Source: a virus. Taken from it: a DNA stretch of 37,124 nt. The DNA lies in IMG/VR virus record IMGVR_UViG_3300021962_000013; one strand, 5' to 3'. The notes under the pieces are model-generated. The model ran no database searches and was not told the DNA's origin. It saw only the letters and a list, made by a program, of their open reading frames with translations. This document shows positions 8,533 to 17,667 of the stretch, one piece after another (the first letter of the stretch is position 1; each line of letters starts with the position of its first letter). Both the position numbers and the translations under genes were made by a program.

Positions 8533-8928
8533 ATGCGACCCAAGACGGCCACCATCATGGTGATTGCCGTCAGCCCAAAGGGGCGTCATCGAGCAATCGG
8601 TGATGCCCCTTCTCATTCCGCTTGCGGATGTGAAGAGGCTGATAACAATGCGCCCATGATTTCTATTCCGGTCGAGGCTCTTTCCACCGACATGGAGGAT
8701 GGCCAACAGGCTTCCCCCGAAATTGGTGATGAAGTTGTCCTAGAGGAAGTTCGCGGTATTCTCAAGAAGCTCGAAAACGGCGAGGCTTATGTCGAGATCC
8801 GCAGTGTGAATGGTATGCCCGCTGAGTACGAGTCCAAGAAGGATAAGGGCATGGAGATGGAAGGCCCTATGGACGAGAAGGGTATGCGCGACATGGTCGC
8901 CGAGTACGACAGCGAGATGGAATCCTGA
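8533..8928 (+). CDS. Acidic small protein (131 aa, or 90 aa from ATG 8656), head-associated?
   Basis: ATG 8533 sits in a TAATATG stop/start junction like other late genes. The C-terminal 90 aa are strongly E/D-rich. The start is ambiguous. Confidence 0.5.
   Translation: MRPKTATIMVIAVSPKGRHRAIGDAPSHSACGCEEADNNAPMISIPVEALSTDMEDGQQASPEIGDEVVLEEVRGILKKLENGEAYVEIRSVNGMPAEYESKKDKGMEMEGPMDEKGMRDMVAEYDSEMES
8578..8611 (+). terminator. Hairpin AAGGGGC...GCCCCTT downstream of the capsid gene (possible attenuator)
   Basis: 7-bp GC-rich stem with a 20-nt loop, followed by CTCATTCC. It lies inside the long version of ORF 8533..8928. Confidence 0.3.
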
Positions 8929-8929
8929 T

Positions 8930-9184
8930 ATGCCGATCTACACCTTCGAGAGCAATGGCAAGTCCATCGAGCATATCGCTCCGATGGGTACTGATTCCAT
9001 TGTCCTTGATGGCAAGCGTTGGAGCAGACAGCCGGTGGCCCGCTTCGGGGTCACCGGTTTTGCCCGCGAGGCCGAACTTAAGGACCATGTGAAGAAGGGA
9101 TTCAGCCGGATGGAAGACCGGCAGGGATCCCGCTTTGAAAGCACTTTCAGCAAGAATCAAATTCGCAAGATCTGGGATATATGA
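8930..9184 (+). CDS. Hypothetical protein (84 aa)
   Basis: ATG in a CTGATATG junction (ORF-track frame 8810..9184). Its stop overlaps the next ATG (ATGA at 9181). Confidence 0.6.
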   Translation: MPIYTFESNGKSIEHIAPMGTDSIVLDGKRWSRQPVARFGVTGFAREAELKDHVKKGFSRMEDRQGSRFESTFSKNQIRKIWDI

Positions 9185-9447
9185 GCGCAAATTCAAATCT
9201 GGCCACTGAGTATTCGATGGGTAACGGCGGGTTCAAGCTCGTCCTCGTTACCACGTTGACCACTGGCCCATTCGTTGCGGTCACCACGATTGCTCCGACT
9301 ACCTTCACCTCGATCACCGGCAAGAACATCAGCGGCAGTTGGTCGTCGGCCACTATCCCCGCTGGTATCACGCTTCCTGGACCGATCGACAGCTTCCAGA
9401 TTTTGAGTGGTCAGGTGGTCGCTTTCAATGGAGTGATCAACTCTTAA
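9181..9447 (+). CDS. Hypothetical T/S/G-rich small structural protein (88 aa)
   Basis: ORF track; ATGA coupling. Confidence 0.6.
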   Translation: MSANSNLATEYSMGNGGFKLVLVTTLTTGPFVAVTTIAPTTFTSITGKNISGSWSSATIPAGITLPGPIDSFQILSGQVVAFNGVINS

Positions 9448-9450
9448 GCC

Positions 9451-9687
9451 GTGACACTCGCTCTCGGAACAAGATTAACGTCCAGCGGATCCGGTGGGAA
9501 TGTCACCCCGATCGATCCGCCTATCTTGCGCCGGGATCTTTTGCAGGAGGATGATTTCTTCGTCCTTCTGGAGGATGGGGACAAGATTGTCATTACGTTC
9601 GGAACCTATGACAAGATCGCCCTCGAAGACGGCACAGACCTGCTACTGACCGAAGATTCAAACAAGTTCATACTAACAGTCTACTGA
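9451..9687 (+). CDS. Small protein with four L-x-ED repeats (78 aa)
   Basis: GTG start 3 nt after the previous TAA. Repeats are LLQEDDFFV / LLEDGDKIV / ALEDGTDLL / LTEDSNKFI. Confidence 0.5.
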   Translation: MTLALGTRLTSSGSGGNVTPIDPPILRRDLLQEDDFFVLLEDGDKIVITFGTYDKIALEDGTDLLLTEDSNKFILTVY

Positions 9688-9688
9688 T

Positions 9689-10690
9689 ATGCCAGATACG
9701 AAAATCACAGCCTTAACGGCGATCGGAGCAAATCCGATCATCCCAGCAACCTTCCCCATCCCGATGGTCGATCTTACCGACACATCGATGGCGGCAAGCG
9801 GCACCACGAAGAAGGTGACCGTGAACCAGATCCTGGGAGCCGGCGGCACCGCCACCCTCGCCTCCGCCACCATCACCGGCGATCTGACGGCTGCTCGTTT
9901 GATTGTTACTGGTGGCACGATTCCCACCAATGGTCTGTGGTTGCCGACGACCAACACGCTAGAGTTTGCTGCCAACAGTCTGGCGCAATACCGCATTGCA
10001 CCGCTCGGCGTGTTCTCGTGGTACGACGGCGCAGGCGGCACTCGGATGACCCTGAATGCCACCGGACTTGGGGTGGGTGGTGCGCCTGAACTCAAGCTGC
10101 GTGTCGATGGTCCTGATGCGGCTCCAGCCACCAGCGGATCATCCAACACAAACGGCGCATTTCGAATCGGAGCGGCGGGAGCTAGCACTAATTTATGCAT
10201 CGACTCCGGTGTATCTACTACCGGAGGAGTTTATGGATGGTTCCAAGCCCGTTCGCGGGGCAACTACGCACTCAATTACGATATCGTCCTCAATCCGAAT
10301 GGCGGCAACGTCGGCATCGGAGTTACGCCGGCGGCAAGGTTACACGTTGAAGGCACTGGACCGCAGGCTCGCTTCTCTGTTGCTTCCGCTTCAGATGCTC
10401 GACATGAGTATTACCGAAACGGGGTTCGTGAGGGTCTGCTGTTTTGGTCCGCAAATGTAATCGGACTGTACGCAACTGAGGCATCCGGAGAACTTGTGCT
10501 TGCATCTGCAAACACGATTCGTGTGCGAATCAACTCTGCTGGCGACACGATTTCCAACGTCACCAGCACCGCTCCTACGCTGGCAACCAACAGCCAGATG
10601 GTCTTCAATCTGACCAGCAACACCAACCTCCGAATCTCGGTTCGTGGAACTGACGGTGTTACCCGCACTGCCAACCTAACCCTCGCCTAA
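9689..10690 (+). CDS. Tail fibre-like protein
   Basis: The N-terminus MPDTKITALTA...TKKVTVNQIL and the motif LNPNGGNVGIGVTPAARLHVEG are patterns I associate with phage tail-fibre proteins. The product is G/T/A-rich. Confidence 0.7.
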   Translation: MPDTKITALTAIGANPIIPATFPIPMVDLTDTSMAASGTTKKVTVNQILGAGGTATLASATITGDLTAARLIVTGGTIPTNGLWLPTTNTLEFAANSLAQYRIAPLGVFSWYDGAGGTRMTLNATGLGVGGAPELKLRVDGPDAAPATSGSSNTNGAFRIGAAGASTNLCIDSGVSTTGGVYGWFQARSRGNYALNYDIVLNPNGGNVGIGVTPAARLHVEGTGPQARFSVASASDARHEYYRNGVREGLLFWSANVIGLYATEASGELVLASANTIRVRINSAGDTISNVTSTAPTLATNSQMVFNLTSNTNLRISVRGTDGVTRTANLTLA

Positions 10691-10694
10691 TTTT

Positions 10695-11078
10695 ATGACC
10701 CTCACTTGGCTCATCGAACGCCTTCTCACCAAGCCGGTTGAAGGCTCCAACACCGATGTCGTAATCACCGCCGACTGGCGATGCAACGGCACCGTTCAAT
10801 CGCCCACCGAAGCCTACAGCGGCACCTGCTACGGCTCCTGCTCATTCGCTCCGCCGAGTGGTTCGTTCACTCCGTATGCCGATCTAACCGAAGCGCAGGT
10901 GCTGGACTGGTGCTACGCCAACGGAGTCGATCAGAACGCCATCGAAGCGAACGTCACCGCGCAGATCCAGAACCAGATCAACCCGCCGGTTGTGAGTCTG
11001 CCGCTGCCGTGGGTGCCGCCGGTTCCTGAGCCGGTTTTGGTTGCGGAGCAGCCTGTCGTTTCCGACACTGCGGTCTGA
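10695..11078 (+). CDS. Hypothetical protein (127 aa), Pro-rich C-terminus
   Basis: ORF track. It follows the fibre-like gene. Confidence 0.6.
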   Translation: MTLTWLIERLLTKPVEGSNTDVVITADWRCNGTVQSPTEAYSGTCYGSCSFAPPSGSFTPYADLTEAQVLDWCYANGVDQNAIEANVTAQIQNQINPPVVSLPLPWVPPVPEPVLVAEQPVVSDTAV

Positions 11079-11079
11079 T

Positions 11080-11235
11080 ATGGAAATCACCATCACACTC
11101 ACTCAGGAGCAGACCAATAGCCTGCTCCAGCTCATCGACATCGCCATCAAGGCCGGTGGCTACCAGAACGCTAAGGTAGGCGTTCCTTTGGCCGACATCA
11201 TCCTCGCAGCAGCCCAACCAAAAGCATCCGAGTAA
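11080..11235 (+). CDS. Hypothetical small protein (51 aa)
   Basis: ATG in a CTGATATG junction (ORF-track frame 11041..11235). Confidence 0.5.
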   Translation: MEITITLTQEQTNSLLQLIDIAIKAGGYQNAKVGVPLADIILAAAQPKASE

Positions 11236-11409
11236 ATGGACTCAAATCACGGCGGTGACACAAATCAGATGATTACCTCCATGGGAGGAGCAGCAGCGGC
11301 CACCGCTGTTTCGTTCCTGCCCTGGCTCACCGACATCGTCCGACTCATCACCGCCGTGATTGGCCTGCTCTGCGCCATCTACGGTGCCTACAAACTCTTT
11401 AGAAAATGA
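11236..11409 (+). CDS. Small membrane protein (57 aa), holin-like candidate
   Basis: Hand-translated: MDSNHGGDTNQMITSMGGAAAATAVSFLPWLTDIVRLITAVIGLLCAIYGAYKLFRK. ATG abuts the previous TAA, and its stop overlaps the next ATG (ATGA). Confidence 0.5.
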   Translation: MDSNHGGDTNQMITSMGGAAAATAVSFLPWLTDIVRLITAVIGLLCAIYGAYKLFRK

Positions 11410-11588
11410 AGAACACCAAAACGACTCTCGCCGGCATCGGTGCCATCCTGGTCGCCATCGGCGGGGCCATGAAGGCCCTGTTCGACGGTGATCCGACCAC
11501 CCATCTGGACATCACCACGACCATCGCAGCGGTGACCGCTGGCATCGGTCTGATCATGGCCAAGGACGCCGAGAAGAAGGCTGAGTGA
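11406..11588 (+). CDS. Two-helix small membrane protein (60 aa), holin-like candidate
   Basis: ORF track. Two hydrophobic segments (LAGIGAILVAIGGAM, IAAVTAGIGLIMA) and a charged tail. Confidence 0.6.
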   Translation: MKNTKTTLAGIGAILVAIGGAMKALFDGDPTTHLDITTTIAAVTAGIGLIMAKDAEKKAE

Positions 11589-11657
11589 ACTGGATCTACC
11601 AGATCCTGAAGGCCCTGCTCGATTGGTTCCGCGAGACCCCACCCACCGACATCCAAC

Positions 11658-11879
11658 ATGGAAAAGCACCCGAGGCTCTCAAGAACGATCTGGCTGATCG
11701 CATTACTGGACTGCCTCGGTTGCCAGATGACCAAGGTGGTCCTGGTCCCTTCCGGTGATCCGGTGATGCTGGCCAAGCCCACCAGGGCCAGCGTGTACGG
11801 ATTCGATTCAAACAAGAAGCTGGTGGGGCCATCGACCGTGGTCCTGCCAGCTGGTTGGTACGCACTACCGAAGAACTGA
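11658..11879 (+). CDS. Small secreted or lipoprotein-like protein (73 aa)
   Basis: ORF track. The N-terminus MEKHPRLSRTIWLIALLDCLGCQ looks like a signal peptide with a non-canonical LGC box. It ends in the conserved ...PKN-TGATATG junction. Confidence 0.45.
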   Translation: MEKHPRLSRTIWLIALLDCLGCQMTKVVLVPSGDPVMLAKPTRASVYGFDSNKKLVGPSTVVLPAGWYALPKN

Positions 11880-11880
11880 T

Positions 11881-13137
11881 ATGGGAACTCCACTCACAGG
11901 CAGTAGCGTCGCATCGACATACACTGGCCTACTAAAAAGCTCCGACAACTCCGCGCTGACCACGGTCCTCAAAGCCGTTGGAGACGGTAGCGGCATCGAT
12001 TCCGCGCTCCAGCTATCGACCTCCGCGGTCAATGCCAGCGGTGACTTCAGCGTTGGGGCCAACAAGCTCACGGTGGCCGCGGCAAGCGGCAATACGGTCG
12101 TCGGTGGTACGCTCACCGTAACCGGCGCAACGAGCCTCAGCGGCAATCTGGCGATTCCCGGCAACCTCTCGGTGACCGGTACCTCCACTCTCACCGGTGC
12201 CACAAGCGTCGTCAGCACCCTAGCGGTGACCGGAGCTACCTCGCTATCAAGTTTGTCTACGAGCGGAGCAGCTACCATTGGCACCACTCTCAATGTTGCG
12301 GGACTCTCTACGTTGGACAGCTTGGGTGTTACGGGAGCGACTACTCTGGCAAGCGTTGGAGTGACCGGCGCGGCTACTGTCGGGACTACGCTCGATGTCA
12401 CCGGTGCAGCTACGCTCTCCAACAACCTGACCGTCACCGGCAACGCCACGGTCAACGGCAACACCACGATCGGAAACCTCGGCACCGATCTCCTGACGAT
12501 CAACGCCAACGAGGTCACGCTTCCCAACCTGACCAATGTCACGGTCGATCTGGCCAACGACAAGGTTCTGATCACCGATGCGAGTGATTCCAGCAGGTTG
12601 AAGTCGGTTGCTGCCAACTCTTTTCTTAGTGCCGCAAACGCTCCGCAGATCAAGCAAACTCTTTACCAAGACTCCACAGCGGGTGGAAGTCCGTTTGTTG
12701 CCACAAGTTCCGGATCTGGAACAGAGATCACGGTACTTACCACTACGATTACCCCTAGGTCTACTGCTTCAACGGTGCTGGTTACGATAGCCGTAAATTA
12801 CTCTGGAACTAATATACAATTTGGAGCATTTAGGATAACTCGCAATGGGACAGAGATTGGATCAAATAACATTGGGTCCAATTTATACGGCATTGCTCCT
12901 TTTACAGGAATTGGTCCTTATAGTTCCGAGTTTTTTAACAGTCAGTTTATTCAGATTCTTGATTCACCAGCATCCGCAACTGCTGTTACTTACAAGATTC
13001 ACTTGTACGCAACTGGCCCAACAACATTCCCATCAATGTGGGTTAATAAAACATATCAAGATGTTTTAAGTGGATCTAACTCATCTTCAGCCGCCCGAGT
13101 CAGCTCCTCGATGATCTTGCAAGAGTACTTCGCATGA
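11881..13137 (+). CDS. Tail fibre/spike protein with beta-helical repeats and a divergent C-terminal domain
   Basis: 418 aa. There are about 15 repeats of the form L-x-V-T-G-A-T-x-L. The C-terminal 160 aa are encoded by AT-rich DNA. Confidence 0.75.
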   Translation: MGTPLTGSSVASTYTGLLKSSDNSALTTVLKAVGDGSGIDSALQLSTSAVNASGDFSVGANKLTVAAASGNTVVGGTLTVTGATSLSGNLAIPGNLSVTGTSTLTGATSVVSTLAVTGATSLSSLSTSGAATIGTTLNVAGLSTLDSLGVTGATTLASVGVTGAATVGTTLDVTGAATLSNNLTVTGNATVNGNTTIGNLGTDLLTINANEVTLPNLTNVTVDLANDKVLITDASDSSRLKSVAANSFLSAANAPQIKQTLYQDSTAGGSPFVATSSGSGTEITVLTTTITPRSTASTVLVTIAVNYSGTNIQFGAFRITRNGTEIGSNNIGSNLYGIAPFTGIGPYSSEFFNSQFIQILDSPASATAVTYKIHLYATGPTTFPSMWVNKTYQDVLSGSNSSSAARVSSSMILQEYFA

Positions 13138-13895
13138 AACCCTCTGAAGTAGCCCAAGCGGCCTGCGACAAGCTCTCCTTCACCGACGCGAACACCCTCG
13201 CGTTGGCCAAGAAGTTCTGCATCCGCCGCTACTCCATGATCTGGGATTCGTGCCTCTGGAACGATACCCTCGGCGTCATCTCCCGCTCAGTCAGCCAAGG
13301 CAACGAACTGGTCACCCTCGACCAAACCGTAACCGCTACCTACGCCTCAGGTACCGGCTACAACATGTTCCTCGACTTCCCGGTCGCCATCCGATTCACG
13401 ATCGACGGCGAGACCGATGGCATCGAAGTCCCCGCCGCGGAATGGGTCTCTTTCTTCCAGCTCGATCCCAACACCTGGAACAACGTCGATTCCCGTAAGT
13501 CTACCCCCGGCAACTTTGTCAACTGGACCCGAGTCATCGGAGTCTCCTACGGAGAGGCCGGCGTCCCGCGCATCAAGCTCGTTCCCACGCCCAACACCGA
13601 TGGAACCCTCTTCATCCTCGGGAAGAAGCAGTCGCAGATGCGGCAGTTCGGCGAGAACCAAGCGATCGTCAACGACAGCAACTTCGAGCTGCGCGGTGTC
13701 GAGAATGCTCTGATGGCCTACACCGAAGGCGATCTCCTCGAATACTCTAGACAGTACGGTAAAGCCCAAGCCAAGTTCCAAGAGGGAGCCGCTCAAGTCT
13801 CCATTATGAAGGACATGGAACGCGGCCAGCAGCAGCAAATCAGCCGCATCATTCCAGATAGCTTGTACGATTACACCTTCCAAGACATCCTGTAA
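13134..13895 (+). CDS. Head-tail adaptor / tail tubular protein A-like (by position)
   Basis: 253 aa, ATGA-coupled to the fibre gene and preceding a 655-aa gene, as in the T7 gp11/gp12 order. The function is assigned by position only. Confidence 0.55.
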   Translation: MKPSEVAQAACDKLSFTDANTLALAKKFCIRRYSMIWDSCLWNDTLGVISRSVSQGNELVTLDQTVTATYASGTGYNMFLDFPVAIRFTIDGETDGIEVPAAEWVSFFQLDPNTWNNVDSRKSTPGNFVNWTRVIGVSYGEAGVPRIKLVPTPNTDGTLFILGKKQSQMRQFGENQAIVNDSNFELRGVENALMAYTEGDLLEYSRQYGKAQAKFQEGAAQVSIMKDMERGQQQQISRIIPDSLYDYTFQDIL

Positions 13896-13901
13896 TCCGC
13901 C

Positions 13902-15869
13902 ATGCCATTCCAATCCTCAGATGCTCTTGATGATCAGATGCTGTTGGATGGAAGCACCGGCTTCAGTACCGGTGTTGTCTCTGCTACTCGTCCCGATGCC
14001 ATCCCTGCTACCAGCATGGAGTCGGCCATCAACATGGACTACGATGACTTCGGCAACCTAGTCACTCGTCTCGGATCGGTTTCACTCGCCGGTAATAGCG
14101 AATCCAGAAACTGGGAGGAAATCTTCACCGCTTGGAACTTAACCACCTCCAACTACGGCAGTAACCTTCCGACAAACGCGGAGGTCTATTCCGGATTTTA
14201 CTTCGATACCGCAGCGTCCGAGCGGCTGGTCATCGCGGTCAGCGATCGTAACGCCAACACCAAGAACCTGTACTTCGGTTCCCCCGGCGTTTCCTATAAC
14301 GCGATCAGCGGCGCGACGCTCAATAACGGAGCCACCTTCGTCTACTTCGCTCAGCTCAATGACAAGCTGTTCTATTCCGATGGATACGGAACACTGAATT
14401 ACGTTTCTAGCGCGAATCTCAATAGCTCGATCGCCGCTGGCAAGATCAGCCGCATCGATGTCATCAATCAGGGAAGTGGCCATAGTTCGATCCCGACAAT
14501 CACCATCGCCGCTCCTCCGAGTGGTGTGACCGCAACCGCGGAAGCAAGAATTGGTGGCGATGGAGCAGTTCTTTCCATCATAATCACAAACCCCGGCAGC
14601 GGATACGTCACCGCTCCCACCGTTTCCATCTCGCCGGCCAACCAGTCTCACGCGGTCGCTTTCGTATCCCTCTCACCGCCCAACAAGCCGCTCTACCTCA
14701 CCACCCATACCAACCGGCTCTGGGCCGTCTCAGGCGATACCGCCATCCAGCCCGATACCCTCTACTTCTCGGATATCCTCGATGGCGAATCTTGGGATCC
14801 ACTCGGCTCCATCCGAGTCGGCGGCGACGGCGATCCCATCAAGGGTCTCTACTCGTGGTTCGGATACAAACTGCTCGTCTTCAAGGAACGTTCAATTTGG
14901 AGCGTAGATGCCGATCCTACGCAGGATCCTGCCGATTGGACCATATCACTCATCAGCGGTAATATCGGCTGCTCATCGCACCGCTCCATCGCCGCGGTTG
15001 GTGCTGACGTATTCTTCCTCTCCCGCGACGGCATCCGGTCGATGGCGCAGATCCAAGCCGGTACCCAGACCAGCGTCGGCCTCGCGCTCTCCAGTCCGAT
15101 CAATGACCTGATCAGCAGGATCGACAAGACCAAGCTCGACCTCTGCGACGGCGTGTTCTGGAACAACCGCTACCTCCTGGCCGTCCCGTTCGTTATTAAC
15201 GAAGCAAACGGACTCGGACTGGAGAGCGAGTTCGGTGTTCTGCTCGAATCCGATTCGTTGCTCGAACTCGAAGCCGCTTTCCCACGGAACAACGCGGTCA
15301 TCGTCTATCACTCACTGGCCCGCTCTTGGCTCGGGTACTGGGACAACTGGCAGGTGAACGACTTCTTCGCCACCTCGTTCTCCACGTTCGGACCCGTCCT
15401 CATGTTCGCCGGCGACATGACCTCTATCTCAGAGGGAGCAGGCCAAGTCTGGTCGTTCAACGACTTCCTTCCGAACACCCGTATCGCACCGGTCGTAAGC
15501 TCCGCGTACCTCGATGGCGGATCCCGTTACCAGTCGAGCGTGATCACGAAGGCGTACAACCTGAACGAACCCATCCCCGACAAGATCGGGTACAGCGTCC
15601 AGTTCGCGTTCGACAACCCGTACACCAGTTCCAATACGGACGCGGCGATCGCCTACTCGACCGACATGTCGGGGACGTTCACGGACCTCGATTCCAGCTT
15701 GACGATTACCAACTCGCAGAAGTTCCTCAAAGCGTACAACCTGATCAGCAAGGGACGCTGGAACACCATCCAGTTCAGGGTTCAGACCAACCCCAACTCG
15801 GGCGGTCGCTTGTCCTTGCAATCCACCATCCTCTCTGGCTTCGTTGATTCGGTTAAACCCCAACAATGA
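13902..15869 (+). CDS. Tail tubular protein B / nozzle-like (by position and size)
   Basis: 655 aa. It contains two GSG(H/Y)...P-T-(I/V)-(T/S)-I repeats (QGSGHSSIPTITIAAPP, NPGSGYVTAPTVSISP). Confidence 0.55.
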   Translation: MPFQSSDALDDQMLLDGSTGFSTGVVSATRPDAIPATSMESAINMDYDDFGNLVTRLGSVSLAGNSESRNWEEIFTAWNLTTSNYGSNLPTNAEVYSGFYFDTAASERLVIAVSDRNANTKNLYFGSPGVSYNAISGATLNNGATFVYFAQLNDKLFYSDGYGTLNYVSSANLNSSIAAGKISRIDVINQGSGHSSIPTITIAAPPSGVTATAEARIGGDGAVLSIIITNPGSGYVTAPTVSISPANQSHAVAFVSLSPPNKPLYLTTHTNRLWAVSGDTAIQPDTLYFSDILDGESWDPLGSIRVGGDGDPIKGLYSWFGYKLLVFKERSIWSVDADPTQDPADWTISLISGNIGCSSHRSIAAVGADVFFLSRDGIRSMAQIQAGTQTSVGLALSSPINDLISRIDKTKLDLCDGVFWNNRYLLAVPFVINEANGLGLESEFGVLLESDSLLELEAAFPRNNAVIVYHSLARSWLGYWDNWQVNDFFATSFSTFGPVLMFAGDMTSISEGAGQVWSFNDFLPNTRIAPVVSSAYLDGGSRYQSSVITKAYNLNEPIPDKIGYSVQFAFDNPYTSSNTDAAIAYSTDMSGTFTDLDSSLTITNSQKFLKAYNLISKGRWNTIQFRVQTNPNSGGRLSLQSTILSGFVDSVKPQQ

Positions 15870-16228
15870 ACTCATTCCCAACGGTCAGGATGATCCAAAC
15901 GCTTGAGCAAGAAGCCAGAGTCTTGCAGGCTGCCCGCGATAACAATGACTCGATCATTCATCCGTCCCATCTGGTCGAAAGGAATGGGGAGATCATTGGC
16001 GCATCGTCTTTTGGAAGGGTGCCAGTTCTTTTGCTTTGGAATCACACCGAGAAGGTGTCGGCCAGAGACAGCATGCATCTCAAACGAGTCTATGACTCCA
16101 TAATGGAAACAAAAGGGTTTCCAAGGTACTTCATAGCTTGCAATGAAAACAGCCCATACAACTCACACATGAAGAGGTTTGGGTTTAATCCTATTTGGAA
16201 AACAGAGATTTTTGAAGGAGGCGTATGA
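15866..16228 (+). CDS. Hypothetical 120-aa protein, weak GNAT-like C-terminal pattern
   Basis: ATGA-coupled at both ends. The gene is AT-rich. ...ACNENSPYNSHMKRFGF resembles the end of acetyltransferase folds, but no AcCoA P-loop was seen. Confidence 0.55.
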   Translation: MNSFPTVRMIQTLEQEARVLQAARDNNDSIIHPSHLVERNGEIIGASSFGRVPVLLLWNHTEKVSARDSMHLKRVYDSIMETKGFPRYFIACNENSPYNSHMKRFGFNPIWKTEIFEGGV

Positions 16229-17664
16229 CAATTGAACTAAATGTAGCAAAGGTTCTAGCACACAGTGTAATACTGTTTGCTAAGGATAATTGGCACAAGG
16301 ATTACCCTTCTATCCCTTGGGGAGAGCCGCAGATGTGTTCTCCAGATTACAATCCACCTGATTTGGCAGCGGCAAACAGAGAGGCTGTAGAGGCTCAAGC
16401 AAGGGAATACCCTTTCATGCGAGCCATCGAGGCTGCTGCAAGAGGTGGAAAACAAATCACCTACGGCCCTGAAGGTGACAAAAGAACTTACAATTTTGAA
16501 GGTATTGGAGATATTGATCTTACAAGGGATACGGCTCTTGCGTTGGCAAATCTCGCTCCAACACTAACCCAAAAGCAACTTGATCTTGCTAGGGATTTTG
16601 GAACCCAGTTCGCTCAGCAACGCCGCGAGGAGCTAGAGGCTCTTGATCCAACCAAGTTTGGGCTTTACGAAAACTACCTGCGAGATGTCGGCGCAAGTGT
16701 TAAAACCCCCGAAGCTAGGATTGATTCTCCTACCTATGAGCAGGTTGGAATGCCTCGATCTTCAGAGGACACTGGTGCTGCTCGCTTGATTCGCAGCGAG
16801 TTGGAGCGTCAGGTTCAACAAGGTCTCTCTCAGGTTGGAACTCTCGATCCAAGCATGGAGCGACGGGTTCAACAGGCCGCTCGCGCTCGTGGTACTGCCA
16901 TTGGAAATGTTCTTGGCAACCCGTCTGCCATTCGTGAGTCGCTCGCATTGCAAGACGCTATCGGAAACGCCAACGCTCAACGCTGGAACTCTGCTCTTGG
17001 CCTACTCCAGAGCGGCCAGACCACCAGCGACACCGCCAATCGACAGGCGCAGGAAGCCTTTCAAAACATCCTCGCTGCTACCGGTCAGCGCAACACGGCT
17101 GCTCAACAGAGCTTTGCAAGTCAGCTCGCTTCTCAGCAGCAGGGGATGGCTAATCGTCAGCAGAACATTGCTAACGTCCAATCAGCCCTTGGTCTTTCTC
17201 CTATCGTTGGCCAAGCGGCCAATCTTGGCGCACTTCAGCAGGGTGCGTCTCCGTTCGCCACCCCGCAGTACATTCAAGGAATGCAGATGTCCAGCCCTGG
17301 AGATCTGATGAAGATGGGTACTGGCTTCGCGCTGACAAACGCTCAGAACCAATATGCCGCGGATCGGGAAGGTTCCTTTATGAACCAGTTCCAAGGGTAC
17401 GCGCGCGGTATCGGAAACTTGGCTGGTGGATACGGAAACATTATGCAGGCCGGAATGGGTTGCCATGTCGCCCGCGAGTGTATCCCCGATCAGTGGGAGG
17501 CGTTCTTCTTCTGGAAGGAACTCGTCGGACCCGCTTGGTTCAAGAGCTTCTACAACAACAACTCCGAGAAGATCGCAAACTGGATCAAGAACAAGCCGAA
17601 GGTTAAGAAACTGGTGGCTAAGTGGATGCTCGGTCGCATCAACAGCATCATCCCAAAGAACTGA
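16225..17664 (+). CDS. Internal virion / ejection protein candidate (479 aa, Q/N/A-rich)
   Basis: GGAGG lies 5 nt before the ATG. The position after the nozzle-like gene matches the T7 internal-core order. No motif support. Confidence 0.55.
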   Translation: MTIELNVAKVLAHSVILFAKDNWHKDYPSIPWGEPQMCSPDYNPPDLAAANREAVEAQAREYPFMRAIEAAARGGKQITYGPEGDKRTYNFEGIGDIDLTRDTALALANLAPTLTQKQLDLARDFGTQFAQQRREELEALDPTKFGLYENYLRDVGASVKTPEARIDSPTYEQVGMPRSSEDTGAARLIRSELERQVQQGLSQVGTLDPSMERRVQQAARARGTAIGNVLGNPSAIRESLALQDAIGNANAQRWNSALGLLQSGQTTSDTANRQAQEAFQNILAATGQRNTAAQQSFASQLASQQQGMANRQQNIANVQSALGLSPIVGQAANLGALQQGASPFATPQYIQGMQMSSPGDLMKMGTGFALTNAQNQYAADREGSFMNQFQGYARGIGNLAGGYGNIMQAGMGCHVARECIPDQWEAFFFWKELVGPAWFKSFYNNNSEKIANWIKNKPKVKKLVAKWMLGRINSIIPKN

Positions 17665-17667
17665 TAT

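Noticed and set aside
9673-10200. 175-aa minus-strand ORF antisense to the first fibre-like gene (similarly 21833..22549 and 23591..24190 minus inside the giant gene)
   Set aside because: These are shadow ORFs wholly contained in long, well-supported sense genes, with biased R/A/P/V composition.
11585-11758. 57-aa GTGA-coupled ORF as a confident i-spanin
   Set aside because: It lacks a hydrophobic N-terminal helix and overlaps the better-supported 11658..11879 ORF. It is kept only as a possibility in the lysis-cluster finding.
11865-12653. 262-aa minus-strand ORF antisense to the fibre repeat region
   Set aside because: It is an artefact of the periodic GTN/ACC/GGC codons of the fibre shaft. 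The V/A/T/L-rich product mirrors the repeats, and the sense frame has the coupled junctions.
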